From Candidatus Veblenbacteria bacterium (GTDB taxonomy: Bacteria; Patescibacteriota; Patescibacteriia; Veblenbacterales; UBA10138), in assembly GCA_030700105.1 (NCBI GenBank), contig JAUYKG010000016.1, forward strand, positions 2,863-66,862: a stretch of DNA of 64,000 nucleotides, read 5' to 3'. Of this stretch, positions 9,832-21,781 are shown piece by piece. The position numbers and the translations under genes are program-made. Position 1 is the first letter of the stretch, and each line of letters begins with the position of its first letter. The notes beneath the pieces are model-generated. The model was not told where the DNA came from. It was given only the letters and a program-made list of their open reading frames with translations, and searched no databases.

Positions 9832-10788
9832 ATGAATTCACCTTTTGCGCGGTTGACGGCGGTACGCGCTTCCGGCTTCTCTGTGGTAGGGGCCGCGGTT
9901 CTCCTGGGGCTTTTAGGCTCTGGGGCGCCGCGGTTTGTTTTTGCGCAAGCGGGTAGCGCCATTTCCTTGGCGCCGCTCACCTTCGAACTAACAGCCAATC
10001 CCGGGGAAACCGTGGAGAATGTGGTGCGCGTATACAACAATGGTGACCAGCCGGTGACCGTAGTGATGCAGGTGCAAGACTTTGCCGCGGCTGGTGAGCG
10101 CGGTGAAGTGGTATTGCAGGAAGCTGACAATCATACGTTCTCTCTGGCTAGTTGGGTGAGCGTGGAGCCCACCGATTTCGTGCTACCGGCTAAGGAATTC
10201 AAACCCGTAACCTTTAAAGTTGCCCTGCCGCCAAACGCCGAGCCGGGCGGACACTATGGTACTGTTCTGGCCTCCGTTACTGGCGTGGCTTCTGGCACGG
10301 GCGCGGCTTTGGCGCAAAAGATAGGCTCACTCATTCTACTGCAAGTGCCTGGTGTGATCAGTGAACAGCTCGCTTTGGCTTCTTTGGAAGCGCCCGGGTT
10401 TTCCGAATATGGCCCGGTGACCTTGACGGCGCGCTTTAAGAATGACGGCTCGGTGCACCTGAAGCCGAGAGGTTTTGTGTTGGTAAAGGGTATGACCGGA
10501 CGCGAGGTGGCACGCTTAGACATACCGCAGCAGAATGTATTGCCGACTTCGGTGCGTAGGATAGATGTTGATTTCCTCGGTAAGTGGCATTGGGGTCGCT
10601 ATACCGCCACCCTAACGGCTATCTATGGCTCGACCAATGAACCGCTGTCTGCTAGTGTGGCATTTTGGATATTTCCCTGGAAGGTGAGTTTGGCAGTACT
10701 CATAGCCGCCTTTATAGTACTGTATGCTCTTTACCGCGGCAGGCGCAGGTTGGCAGCGGCTGGGCGTGTACTGGTTAAGGGGAGCTAA
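9832..10788 (+). CDS. DUF916/DUF3324-like WxL-interacting protein
   Basis: LAPLTFELTANPGE, PPNAEPGGHYG, FKNDGSVHLKP and FWIFPW motifs plus a C-terminal TM helix. Confidence 0.75.
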   Translation: MNSPFARLTAVRASGFSVVGAAVLLGLLGSGAPRFVFAQAGSAISLAPLTFELTANPGETVENVVRVYNNGDQPVTVVMQVQDFAAAGERGEVVLQEADNHTFSLASWVSVEPTDFVLPAKEFKPVTFKVALPPNAEPGGHYGTVLASVTGVASGTGAALAQKIGSLILLQVPGVISEQLALASLEAPGFSEYGPVTLTARFKNDGSVHLKPRGFVLVKGMTGREVARLDIPQQNVLPTSVRRIDVDFLGKWHWGRYTATLTAIYGSTNEPLSASVAFWIFPWKVSLAVLIAAFIVLYALYRGRRRLAAAGRVLVKGS

Positions 10789-10792
10789 GGCC

Positions 10793-10876
10793 GAGTATGT
10801 AGGTATGTAGTATGTAAGTATGTAGGGGGTACGCTCTTTCCTTACATACCTATATACCTATTACCTATTACCTATG
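10793..10876 (+). repeat. Inverted 7-8-mer arrays (element B) forming a hairpin that ends at the ATG
   Basis: (AGGTATGT)-like x4 faces (ACATACCT/ATTACCT) x4. Confidence 0.85.
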
Positions 10877-11848
10877 CTTTGTTCCGCCGGAGAACATTTC
10901 GGTGTGAAGGCCCTCGGTACAGCCGCAGCGGTTATTTTATTGTTGGGGGCTGGTGAGCTCTGGGCGCAAACCTCTAACTGCACCCCCGCAACGTTGCCTT
11001 GTCCGTCCCTTGATAGTACGGTCAGCATTACTATCGGTGGTTCCCCCGGCGGCGGGGGTGGCAGTAGCGGCAACCTACCCCGTGAAGTGACCGATGGTGA
11101 TGTCGTCATCAAGGGCTACAGCGCGCCCGGCAGCATTGTTACCATTCTGCGGGACGGTACGGTGGCGGCCTCGTTTATCACACCGATCGAGGGCAGGTTT
11201 GAGCGTACGCTAACCATCATACCGGCCGGTATTCACACCTTCGCCCTGTTCGCCATTGATCAGGAGGCTCATGCTACGCCCACTGTGGCCCTGTCGGTTT
11301 CCGTGGCCGGCGGCACGGTGACGACCATAGCTGATCTGGTGATGCCGCCCACACTTTGGGCCAACCCAGCGGCCACGACGCAAGGCTCGCCCGTGGCCTT
11401 GAACGGTTTTGCCGCTCCGGGGGCTGAGGTATTTATTGCCCTGCCTTCGGGTTTGCCTGTGTTGAGGGCGACCGCCGCCGGCAGCGGCCGTTTTTCCGCC
11501 TCCTTTGACACATCTGTTTTGTCTCTTGGTGTATATGTGGTACGCGGGTATGCTCGTTTGAGCGGCGGGCTGTTGAGCGAGTTTAGTTCACCTGTGCGCG
11601 TAGTGGTCCTTCCTGCCGGGACACCGCCCGAGGTAATACCCACAGAACCTTCCCTACCGCCAGGCGAAGAAGAGGAGGTGCGTACCTGTGCGCGCGGCGA
11701 CCTTAGTAACGACAGTCACGTGAACCTCACCGATTTCAGTATTCTGATATACTGGTGGGGGAGCGTGAACCAGTGTGCCGACCAGAATGGCGACGGTAGC
11801 GTGAACTTAACCGACCTCTCCATACTCTTGTACTGGTGGACAGGGTAG
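10874..11848 (+). CDS. Secreted Ig-like protein with C-terminal type I dockerin
   Basis: Duplicated GDLSNDSHVNLTDFSILIYWW / ADQNGDGSVNLTDLSILLYWW. Confidence 0.85.
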   Translation: MLCSAGEHFGVKALGTAAAVILLLGAGELWAQTSNCTPATLPCPSLDSTVSITIGGSPGGGGGSSGNLPREVTDGDVVIKGYSAPGSIVTILRDGTVAASFITPIEGRFERTLTIIPAGIHTFALFAIDQEAHATPTVALSVSVAGGTVTTIADLVMPPTLWANPAATTQGSPVALNGFAAPGAEVFIALPSGLPVLRATAAGSGRFSASFDTSVLSLGVYVVRGYARLSGGLLSEFSSPVRVVVLPAGTPPEVIPTEPSLPPGEEEEVRTCARGDLSNDSHVNLTDFSILIYWWGSVNQCADQNGDGSVNLTDLSILLYWWTG

Positions 11849-11854
11849 GGGAGT

Positions 11855-12019
11855 GAGTATTAAGAATTCAGTATACAGTATTCAGTATGATTAATGCCGT
11901 ACTAAAACATATTCAGAGCGCGTCGCAGCCTTCCGTAGCGGTAAAACATTTTGGCGTAGACGGTAAGGGTTTTCCGCTGTTGATCATACTATATACGTTA
12001 TACTGGATACTGAATACTC
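11855..12019 (+). repeat. Inverted heptamer arrays (element C), 5+5 units
   Basis: GAGTATT AAGAATT CAGTATA CAGTATT CAGTATG (11855-11889) pairs with CATACTA TATACGT TATACTG GATACTG AATACTC (11985-12019). Confidence 0.9.
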
Positions 12020-13125
12020 CAATTGCTTCTGCCGCCACCATTTCCGTTCTGCCCCAAGGGACCGAAGTAGGCGTGGGGCAGACTTCTCTAGTTGAATTAT
12101 GGCTTGATACTGAAGGGGAGACGGTGAACGCGCTCTCCTTTGTCCTTGCCTTTGATCCGCAGTTCGTGAGTGTGGAAAGTGTTTCCACTGGCGGCAGTGT
12201 CTTTAGCCTTTTCCCTGTACCACCCTTGGTCTTGAACGAGCGCGGTGTGGTGGAGCTGTCTGCCGGTGCGCCCGGCGGGTTCGCGGGACAAGGGCTAGTG
12301 GCCAACATTTTGCTGCGGGGTCTACGGGTTGGCACAGCCGCGCTCAGTATTACTTCCAGCCAGGCGCTTAAGCATAGTCCGACGGCAGAGCCCATCTCCC
12401 TGCGTGTTCTTGGCTCTAGCCTGCAGGTGGCTACGCCGGAGACAGGTGAAATCGTTATAACCTCTAAGGATCATGCCGAGGAAAGTGTGTGGTATAACGT
12501 ACCATTCATCCGTATGTCATGGCCAGTTCGTCCGGGGGCTTCGTATAGCTACGTGCTGTCCCGTTCGCCCAACGAAGAGCCTGATGAAGTACCAGATGAA
12601 CCAACGGGGGAGATTAAGCTGAGTATAAGTGAGGACGGCGTGTTCTACTTTCACCTGCGCGAGTGCCGTGCCGGCACGTGCGGACCCACCGTTACGCGGC
12701 GGGCTATGAAAGATACCACACCGCCCGAACGCCTGGAGCTCGCGGTTGGTGCAGCGTCAGGTGTATTGGAGGGTAAAGTGTTCTTGAGCTTTACCGCCAG
12801 CGACGCGACTTCAGGGGTAGCGCACTACGAAGTCTGGGAAGAGGCAGTAGGTGAAACTTGGGAGAGGGTTATGAGTCCTTACGTGCTACAAGACCAAGCG
12901 CACCAGGGGGTGGTGCGTGTGCGGGCTTATGATACAGCAGGGAACTATCGCGAGGAAATACTTTCTCCTTTGGCTCCAGAGCCTTGGTACAGGTCAGAGG
13001 TGGTGTTTTGGGGTATACTGGTAGTAGGTTTAGCTGCTCTGGGAGTAACAATTTTTGTTAAACGCCGTGGGCAAGCCGGTCCAGCGCCCCAGGCTAACCA
13101 GTCTTCCACGCCTCCTTTGCCATGA
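11887..13125 (+). CDS. Cohesin-domain membrane-anchored surface protein
   Basis: LDTEGETVNA…FDP cohesin-like N-domain; DTTPP…SDATSGVAHYEV…VRAYDTAGN Ig/FN3 domain; C-terminal TM. Confidence 0.8.
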   Translation: MINAVLKHIQSASQPSVAVKHFGVDGKGFPLLIILYTLYWILNTPIASAATISVLPQGTEVGVGQTSLVELWLDTEGETVNALSFVLAFDPQFVSVESVSTGGSVFSLFPVPPLVLNERGVVELSAGAPGGFAGQGLVANILLRGLRVGTAALSITSSQALKHSPTAEPISLRVLGSSLQVATPETGEIVITSKDHAEESVWYNVPFIRMSWPVRPGASYSYVLSRSPNEEPDEVPDEPTGEIKLSISEDGVFYFHLRECRAGTCGPTVTRRAMKDTTPPERLELAVGAASGVLEGKVFLSFTASDATSGVAHYEVWEEAVGETWERVMSPYVLQDQAHQGVVRVRAYDTAGNYREEILSPLAPEPWYRSEVVFWGILVVGLAALGVTIFVKRRGQAGPAPQANQSSTPPLP

Positions 13126-15218
13126 TATCGTTGTCGTCATTTTTTATATCGCCGCTACGTTCGGCTGGTATTACCCCTACCTTGAGGGTAGGGGTGTGCG
13201 TTATCACTTTACTGGCAGTGTGGTTGGGCTGGGTAAGGGGTGCTGAGGCTGCCAGCTTGCACCTCTCGCCGGTAACCGGCAGTTTTGAGGTGGATGCTAC
13301 GTTCGATGTCGGCGTGTATCTAGATACCGAGGGACAGGCGGTGAACGCCGTGGCTGTAAATCTGGCCTTCCCGCCCGATAAGTTACAGCTCGTTTCACCA
13401 GTGGTGGCTGGGCAATCGATTGTGGAGGTGTGGAGTGCTCAGCCGAGGTTTTCTAACCAGGATGGTTTGGTGGAATTGGCCGGTGGTATTCCTGGCGGTA
13501 TCACCACCAGTCGCGGCCTCATTACTACCTTGCATTTCCGGGTGCGCTCCGTGGGCACGGCCTTAGTGAGGTACCAGGATTCCTCGCAGGTGCTCTTACA
13601 TGACGGCAAGGGAACCAACGCGCTCTACGATACATCGAGCGGAATTTTTGAACTTACCTTGCCAGCACCGGCCGGTCCCGAGGTGGTATCTGTTACGCAT
13701 CCTGACCAAGCCAAATGGTACCCAAGCTCCAACGTGAGTTTGGGCTGGGAAGGGGAAGCTGAGGTAGAGGGGTATAGCTACCTGTTGTCTGATAAACCTA
13801 TTGACCTGGTGGACGACATAGCAGAGGGCAAGCAGGTGTCGGTGGTGTACGAGAACGTGGCCGATGGTGTGCACTATTTCCACATTAAGAGCCTGCGCAA
13901 AGGCAAGTGGGGCGGGGTTACCCACCGCGCTATTAAGGTAGACAGCACTCCGCCGGCTGATTTTCCCATAGACATCGTGCCGGCAGCGCGCACTATTAGG
14001 CGCCAGCCTATCATTCAGTTTAGTACCACGGATTCCGGTTCCGGCCTTTCTCACTACGAGGTGAAGCTCGTACTCTTGCACTCCAATGAGGCGCAAGCGG
14101 CCGAGAATAGCTCTTTTGAATCGATTTTCGTGGAAACGCAGAGCCCATACCTGCCGCCCGAACTTAAACTGGGGAAATACGACGTTATTATACGGGCTTA
14201 CGATCAGGCTGGCAGTTTTCGTGAGGTAACACAGCGTTTAAGCATCGTGAAGGCAATTTTTACCGTGGTGGGGGAGCGGGGGCTGGATGTGCGCAACGCT
14301 TTTGTTATCCCCTGGGTGTGGGTGTGGGTAATCGGTCTGGTTTTGGTGGCGGGGGTTGCTTACCTCGCTTGGTGGGTACGGCGTTGGCATTACCGCGTTG
14401 AACAGCGCAAGCTTCATGAGGAGCTGCCTAACACCTTGCAAACGCAACTACAAGAACTGCGTGAGTACCGCAAGAAGTATGGACGACTAGCAGGCCTGGT
14501 GTTGGCTCTGCTGGCGGTCTCTTGGTTGTGGTTGGGCGCTCTGCCGGTGCAAGCTCAGGAGACACCGTTAGCACCGCCCTACATTACTACTGTGTCGCGG
14601 GATATTTCCAACGAGGACATTTTTTACCTTGGTGGTCGGACTGAGTCTGTCAATACCGAGGTTGTTATCTACCTCCAGCACCCTGCTAGCGGGCGCACGG
14701 AAGGGTTCAGTGTTACTTCTGATAAGCGCGGCGAGTGGTTTTATCGGCACCACACTTTCCTACCCAGCGGTCGGTACGTACTGTGGTCGCAGGCTCGCGT
14801 AGGCGAGCAGCTTAGCCCGCCTGGGCCGCAGGTTGAGCTTATGGTGCACAATACGGCCGTACAGTTCGGTTCATCCCGTTTATCTTACGAGGTTATCTAC
14901 TTGGGCATTATTATCCTCTTGGCCGCTCTGTTCCTGGGCCTGGTGGCGTACACGGCTTTCCACTTCGTTCATGGCCGCCGTAAGCACGCAGCGCTCATAA
15001 AAGAGATACGCGAGGCCGAGGAATCGGTGCGTCGCGGTTTCGCTGTACTGAAGCGCGATATCCAGGCCGAGCTTAATGTGGTGAGGAAGGCGAAACTATC
15101 CAAACAACTTTCCGCCGAAGAGCACGCTCGTGAGGCCGAACTTATGAAAGATTTGGACTGGGTGGAAAAGTATATCGGCAAAGAGGTGTGGGATGTGGAG
15201 CAAGCGGAACAGTCATAA
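13122..15218 (+). CDS. Cohesin-domain membrane protein with Ig/FN3 domains, several TM segments and a cytoplasmic coiled coil
   Basis: LDTEGQAVNA…FPPDKL, HDGKGTN, STHPDQ-like motif; paralogous to the 11887 gene. Confidence 0.8.
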   Translation: MISLSSFFISPLRSAGITPTLRVGVCVITLLAVWLGWVRGAEAASLHLSPVTGSFEVDATFDVGVYLDTEGQAVNAVAVNLAFPPDKLQLVSPVVAGQSIVEVWSAQPRFSNQDGLVELAGGIPGGITTSRGLITTLHFRVRSVGTALVRYQDSSQVLLHDGKGTNALYDTSSGIFELTLPAPAGPEVVSVTHPDQAKWYPSSNVSLGWEGEAEVEGYSYLLSDKPIDLVDDIAEGKQVSVVYENVADGVHYFHIKSLRKGKWGGVTHRAIKVDSTPPADFPIDIVPAARTIRRQPIIQFSTTDSGSGLSHYEVKLVLLHSNEAQAAENSSFESIFVETQSPYLPPELKLGKYDVIIRAYDQAGSFREVTQRLSIVKAIFTVVGERGLDVRNAFVIPWVWVWVIGLVLVAGVAYLAWWVRRWHYRVEQRKLHEELPNTLQTQLQELREYRKKYGRLAGLVLALLAVSWLWLGALPVQAQETPLAPPYITTVSRDISNEDIFYLGGRTESVNTEVVIYLQHPASGRTEGFSVTSDKRGEWFYRHHTFLPSGRYVLWSQARVGEQLSPPGPQVELMVHNTAVQFGSSRLSYEVIYLGIIILLAALFLGLVAYTAFHFVHGRRKHAALIKEIREAEESVRRGFAVLKRDIQAELNVVRKAKLSKQLSAEEHAREAELMKDLDWVEKYIGKEVWDVEQAEQS

Positions 15219-15395
15219 GGTAGTTATCCGTGACAAGATGTATGATTGTGCGTAGATTGGTTAAGGGTGTAAACCGCGAGACCCCGCACCGTGCCTCGGC
15301 TCTGGTGCGTGGGTGGAGCAAGCCGAGAGGCAAACCGAGTAAGTGTCGAGTGCGGGTTATTTTTGGCTAAGGTAAAACAAATTTTTTTTAGGCCA

Positions 15396-15424
15396 TTGAC
15401 GCGTAATCATCTGCGGGGTATAAT
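15396..15424 (+). promoter_or_regulatory. Sigma70 promoter of the atp operon
   Basis: TTGACG-17 nt-TATAAT. Confidence 0.85.
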
Positions 15425-15443
15425 TTTTACCCGAAGTTTTACT

Positions 15444-15737
15444 ATGTCCAACCCTGAACAATCTAACGAGGAACAAAACCAGAGCACCGTGTTCAAGGCT
15501 TTGGGGCTGGCTTGGGAGCTCGGCTACACCATCGCCGTACCGTTGGTAGTACTGGCGCTGGCTGGTCGTTTGGTTGATCGCTGGCTCGGTACTTCCCCTT
15601 GGTTTTTGTTGGTGGGTGTATTACTGTCGATCGTGATTTCCACCTGGACCGTTTATCGTAAGACCAAGCTTATTATATCTGCGCCTGCGGCAGGGTCTGG
15701 TGCGAATACGGCTGAGCAAAAGAAGACCGTCTTATGA
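15444..15737 (+). CDS. atpI: AtpZ/AtpI family protein
   Basis: ELGYTIAVP…GRLVDRWLGTSPWFLLVG; start moved to ATG 15444 downstream of the promoter. Confidence 0.8.
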   Translation: MSNPEQSNEEQNQSTVFKALGLAWELGYTIAVPLVVLALAGRLVDRWLGTSPWFLLVGVLLSIVISTWTVYRKTKLIISAPAAGSGANTAEQKKTVL

Positions 15738-16507
15738 ACATCTCTCTCGCCGCCGAGCCCATCTTCTCTATTGGGGCATTCACGGTAACTAACTCACTCT
15801 TGGTGGGGGTTCTGGTTATGCTGTTGTTGGTGGTGGTCGCTCTGGCGACTGGGCTCAGGCGTTTGCGCGAAGTGCCGCAGGGCTTGCAGAACGTTACTGA
15901 GGCGTTGGTGGAGGGGGCCTTAACGTTCATAGAGAGCGTTACTGGGAACCGCGAACAGGCGAAGCGATTTTTGCCGCTCACAGCCACTATTTTCTTCTTT
16001 GTTCTAATATCCAATTGGATAGGATTACTGCCGGGTGTTGGCACCATCGGCCTTAACGAGGTGCACGAAGGGCGTGTGGTCTTGGTGCCGTTCTTACGTT
16101 CAGCCTCGGCCGACCTCAACACCACCCTGGCCATTGCGCTCATTTCGGTGCTGGGTACGCAGCTCTTTGGTATTGTGGCGCTAGGGTTTTTTAAGCACGC
16201 CGGTAAGTATCTGAATTTTGCCAGCCTGTTTAAACACTTTAATTTTCAGAGCGTCATCCTGTTCTTCGTGGGGTTGCTGGAGCTTGTCTCCGAGGTGGCC
16301 AAAGTGGTCTCGTTCTCCTTTCGTCTCTTTGGCAATGTGTTCGCCGGTGAGGTACTCTTAATCGTGATATCCTCACTGGTGCCCTACCTGGCCCCCTTGC
16401 CGTTCTTGTTCCTGGAGATCTTCGTGGGTCTGGTACAGGCGCTGGTGTTCTCGCTCCTTACTCTGGTGTTCCTTACTATTGCCACGGCCGAGCACGCCGA
16501 ACACTAG
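15734..16507 (+). CDS. atpB: ATP synthase Fo subunit a
   Basis: SFSFRLFGNVFAGE, ADLNTT, QALVF. Confidence 0.97.
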   Translation: MNISLAAEPIFSIGAFTVTNSLLVGVLVMLLLVVVALATGLRRLREVPQGLQNVTEALVEGALTFIESVTGNREQAKRFLPLTATIFFFVLISNWIGLLPGVGTIGLNEVHEGRVVLVPFLRSASADLNTTLAIALISVLGTQLFGIVALGFFKHAGKYLNFASLFKHFNFQSVILFFVGLLELVSEVAKVVSFSFRLFGNVFAGEVLLIVISSLVPYLAPLPFLFLEIFVGLVQALVFSLLTLVFLTIATAEHAEH

Positions 16508-16640
16508 TACTTAGTGCTCCTTGGTGAGGCCATGAGCCTCGCCCAGGGACCCTAATTACTAACGTACTTTTTGGACCGACGGTAAAAAAATAAGAAACCG
16601 TAGCGGATTTGGAAAGTACCAAGAAAGGTCGCACGAAATT

Positions 16641-16901
16641 ATGGAGAACGAACTCGTACAAGCGGTGAGTGGCATAAGCGCCGAAACCATAAAGAGCGTG
16701 GCCGCTGGCATTACCATCGCTATTGGTGGTATGTTCCCCGCTCTAGCTATTGGCCGCCTGGCTGCCAAGGCCATGGAATCCATCGGCCGCAACCCCGAGG
16801 CTTCGGCCAAGGTGCAAACAGCCATGATTCTGGCTATTGCCTTTTGTGAGGCCATCGCCATTTACGCGCTGGTTATGGCGCTCATCATCAAATTCGTCTA
16901 G
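16641..16901 (+). CDS. atpE: ATP synthase Fo subunit c
   Basis: IGRNPEA loop, conserved Glu in AFCEAIAIY, upstream AAGAAAGG. Confidence 0.97.
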   Translation: MENELVQAVSGISAETIKSVAAGITIAIGGMFPALAIGRLAAKAMESIGRNPEASAKVQTAMILAIAFCEAIAIYALVMALIIKFV

Positions 16902-16963
16902 GGTTCTCAGTTCCCGGCTCCTCGCAAAGGGGCCGCACAGTGCGAATCCTTAATCCCTAACAC

Positions 16964-17476
16964 GTGGAATTACTAACAAAACTCGGCATTGATTGGAAAC
17001 TTCTCTTGGCACAGGCGGCGAACTTTTTGATCGTATTGGCCGTACTGTACCGTTTCCTGTACAAGCCGCTATTGAAATTTTTAGACGAGCGCAAGCGTCG
17101 TATAGAGTTGAGTCTTACTGAGGCCAAGCGTATTGAAACCGAGCTTAAACAGCTTGAGGTTAAACGCACTGAGTCAGAGCGCGACGCTAGGCGCCTGGCG
17201 CAGACAATCCTAGCCGAGGCGGAACGCGAGGCCGAGGTGCGGCGCCAGGAAGTGCTCGCCAAGGTGCGCGAGGAAGCGCAGCAGGCCGTGGCCGAAGTTA
17301 AGCAACGTTTTGAGACCGAGCGGGAGGAATCTATGCGTCAGCTTAGGCAGGAAGCCGCTCGTTTCCTCACCCAGGCGGTAAGCAAGATCGTCGGTAAGTT
17401 GCCCGCGGGCGAGGTGGATAAAAAGCTCATTAGTGAAGCGGTGGAAGAGTTGGGGCGCCGGAGGACACGACCATGA
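16964..17476 (+). CDS. atpF: ATP synthase Fo subunit b
   Basis: LGIDW…QAANFL…YKPL TM segment plus coiled coil. Confidence 0.95.
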   Translation: MELLTKLGIDWKLLLAQAANFLIVLAVLYRFLYKPLLKFLDERKRRIELSLTEAKRIETELKQLEVKRTESERDARRLAQTILAEAEREAEVRRQEVLAKVREEAQQAVAEVKQRFETEREESMRQLRQEAARFLTQAVSKIVGKLPAGEVDKKLISEAVEELGRRRTRP

Positions 17477-17883
17477 AGATTACACCAACTGATTACGCTC
17501 GTGCCTACCTAGCGGCTATTGCCCGCGCTGCGGCCGCGGAGCGGGTGCAGGTGACACGCAACCTGTGGCAGGCGGTGTGGCGCCGGGGGCACTTTACCTG
17601 GGCGAAGCGCATTGTGGAACAGGTGCACCAGCTCTTGCGTCAACAGGCCGGTACGGTAGTGGTTGAGGTCGTCACGTCACGAGCGCTCAGCGAAGCTCAG
17701 CAGGGCTCACTTAGGCGGGATTTGGCTCGGGCTGTGGGTAAGCCGGTAGAGCTCGCCTGCGCGGTGAAGCCACATCTCCTAGGGGGTGTGGTGGTAACTT
17801 GGGACGATCGGCGCTACGATGCTTCAGTGAAAGGCAGGCTGGAAGCGCTCTACCGCGCCCTGGCTGGTGAATCTTCGCATTAA
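17473..17883 (+). CDS. atpH: ATP synthase F1 subunit delta (short form)
   Basis: YARA, LLGGVVV…YDASVKGRL; operon position. Confidence 0.9.
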   Translation: MKITPTDYARAYLAAIARAAAAERVQVTRNLWQAVWRRGHFTWAKRIVEQVHQLLRQQAGTVVVEVVTSRALSEAQQGSLRRDLARAVGKPVELACAVKPHLLGGVVVTWDDRRYDASVKGRLEALYRALAGESSH

Positions 17884-17908
17884 TACTTTTCATTCACGTA
17901 CATCCCGT

Positions 17909-19405
17909 ATGTCAGACGCAACTACTAACGCACTCCTGCGCACGCTCGAGGCCGAACTTAAGGGTTTTGAGGCGCAGGTAAGCGAGGAGAAGGTTGGTAA
18001 CGTTATCGAGGTGGGCGATGGTATTGCCAGAATTTCCGGCCTCAAGGATTGTTTAGCTGCGGAGATGTTGGAGTTTCCGCACGGCATTAAGGGCGTGGCG
18101 TTGAACCTGGAGGAAGCGCAGGTGGGCGCCATGATCTTGGGAGACTACTTGGAGATCGGCCAGGGGGACATCGTTAAATCCACTGGGCAGATCTTGTCGG
18201 TGCCGGTAGGCAAGGGGCTGATCGGTCGGGTGGTGAATCCGTTGGGCGAACCTCAAGACGGCGCAGGACCAGTGAAGGCTGAGGCCACCTACCCGGTGGA
18301 GCGCATTGCACCCCGCGTTATTACCCGGCAATCGGTGAACACGCCCTTGCAGACCGGCATTAAGGCCATAGATTCCATGATTCCCATCGGCCGCGGTCAG
18401 CGTGAGCTCATTATTGGCGACCGACAGACCGGTAAGACGGCCCTCGTTATCGATACCATTATCAATCAAGCCAGCGAGAACGTGGTGTGCATTTACGTGG
18501 CTATCGGCCAAAAGGAGTCCAAGGTGGCTCGCTTGGTCGCCAAACTTAAAGAGCAGGGGGCCATGAAGTACACTATTGTAGTAGTCGCTGGTGCTTCGGT
18601 CCCGGCCGCCCTCTCGTTCCTGGCGCCCTACGCCGGCTGTGCCATGGGCGAGTACTTTATGGATAAGGGCAAGGATGTGCTTATTGTGTACGACGACCTT
18701 TCTAAGCACGCCGTGGCTTACCGCCAAATTTCACTCCTCCTTAGACGTCCGCCTGGGCGCGAGGCTTACCCTGGTGATATTTTTTACCTACACTCCCGTT
18801 TGTTGGAGCGGGCCGCCAAGCTGAACGCTGACCACGGCGGCGGCAGCCTAACCGCGTTGCCCATCATTGAAACGCAGGCCGGTGATGTGTCGGCCTACAT
18901 TCCCACCAACGTAATTTCCATTACGGACGGGCAGATTTACCTGGAATCGGATCTCTTTTACCAAGGTGTTCGTCCAGCGCTCAATGTTGGCTTGTCTGTT
19001 TCGCGCGTGGGTAGCGCCGCCCAGGCAAAGGCGATGAAGAAGGTGGCGGGCCGCCTTAGGCTGGACCTGGCGCAGTACCGCAACGTCGCAGCCTTTGCCC
19101 AATTCGGCAGCGATCTGGATGAGGCGACCAAGCAGCAGATTGAGCGCGGTAAGCGCGTCACCGAGATATTAAAACAGGGGCAGTACGAGCCTATGGTGGT
19201 GGCGCACCAGGTGGCCATTCTCTATGCCATTACCAACGGGTACCTGGACGACGTACCGGTTCTCGAGGTGAAGGCTTGGGAAAAGCGCTTTCACCAGTTT
19301 TTAAAGAATCAGGCGGTTATGAAGCAATTGGCCGACAAGCGAGAGCTTACGCCCGAACTGGAAGAGGCACTTAAGCAGGCTATTTCAGAGTTCAAGAAGC
19401 TTTAG
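17909..19405 (+). CDS. atpA: ATP synthase F1 subunit alpha
   Basis: [18 protein letters not shown]; start set at ATG 17909. Confidence 0.98.
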   Translation: MSDATTNALLRTLEAELKGFEAQVSEEKVGNVIEVGDGIARISGLKDCLAAEMLEFPHGIKGVALNLEEAQVGAMILGDYLEIGQGDIVKSTGQILSVPVGKGLIGRVVNPLGEPQDGAGPVKAEATYPVERIAPRVITRQSVNTPLQTGIKAIDSMIPIGRGQRELIIGDRQTGKTALVIDTIINQASENVVCIYVAIGQKESKVARLVAKLKEQGAMKYTIVVVAGASVPAALSFLAPYAGCAMGEYFMDKGKDVLIVYDDLSKHAVAYRQISLLLRRPPGREAYPGDIFYLHSRLLERAAKLNADHGGGSLTALPIIETQAGDVSAYIPTNVISITDGQIYLESDLFYQGVRPALNVGLSVSRVGSAAQAKAMKKVAGRLRLDLAQYRNVAAFAQFGSDLDEATKQQIERGKRVTEILKQGQYEPMVVAHQVAILYAITNGYLDDVPVLEVKAWEKRFHQFLKNQAVMKQLADKRELTPELEEALKQAISEFKKL

Positions 19406-19416
19406 GAAAAACGCGT

Positions 19417-21773
<2,357 letters not shown>

Positions 21774-21781
21774 CGCTTGCC

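Noticed and set aside
13123..17476. Alternative genetic code (TGA=Gly, as in Gracilibacteria)
   Set aside because: TGA serves as a normal stop in ATGA overlaps (13125, 15737, 17476), and core genes are intact under code 11.
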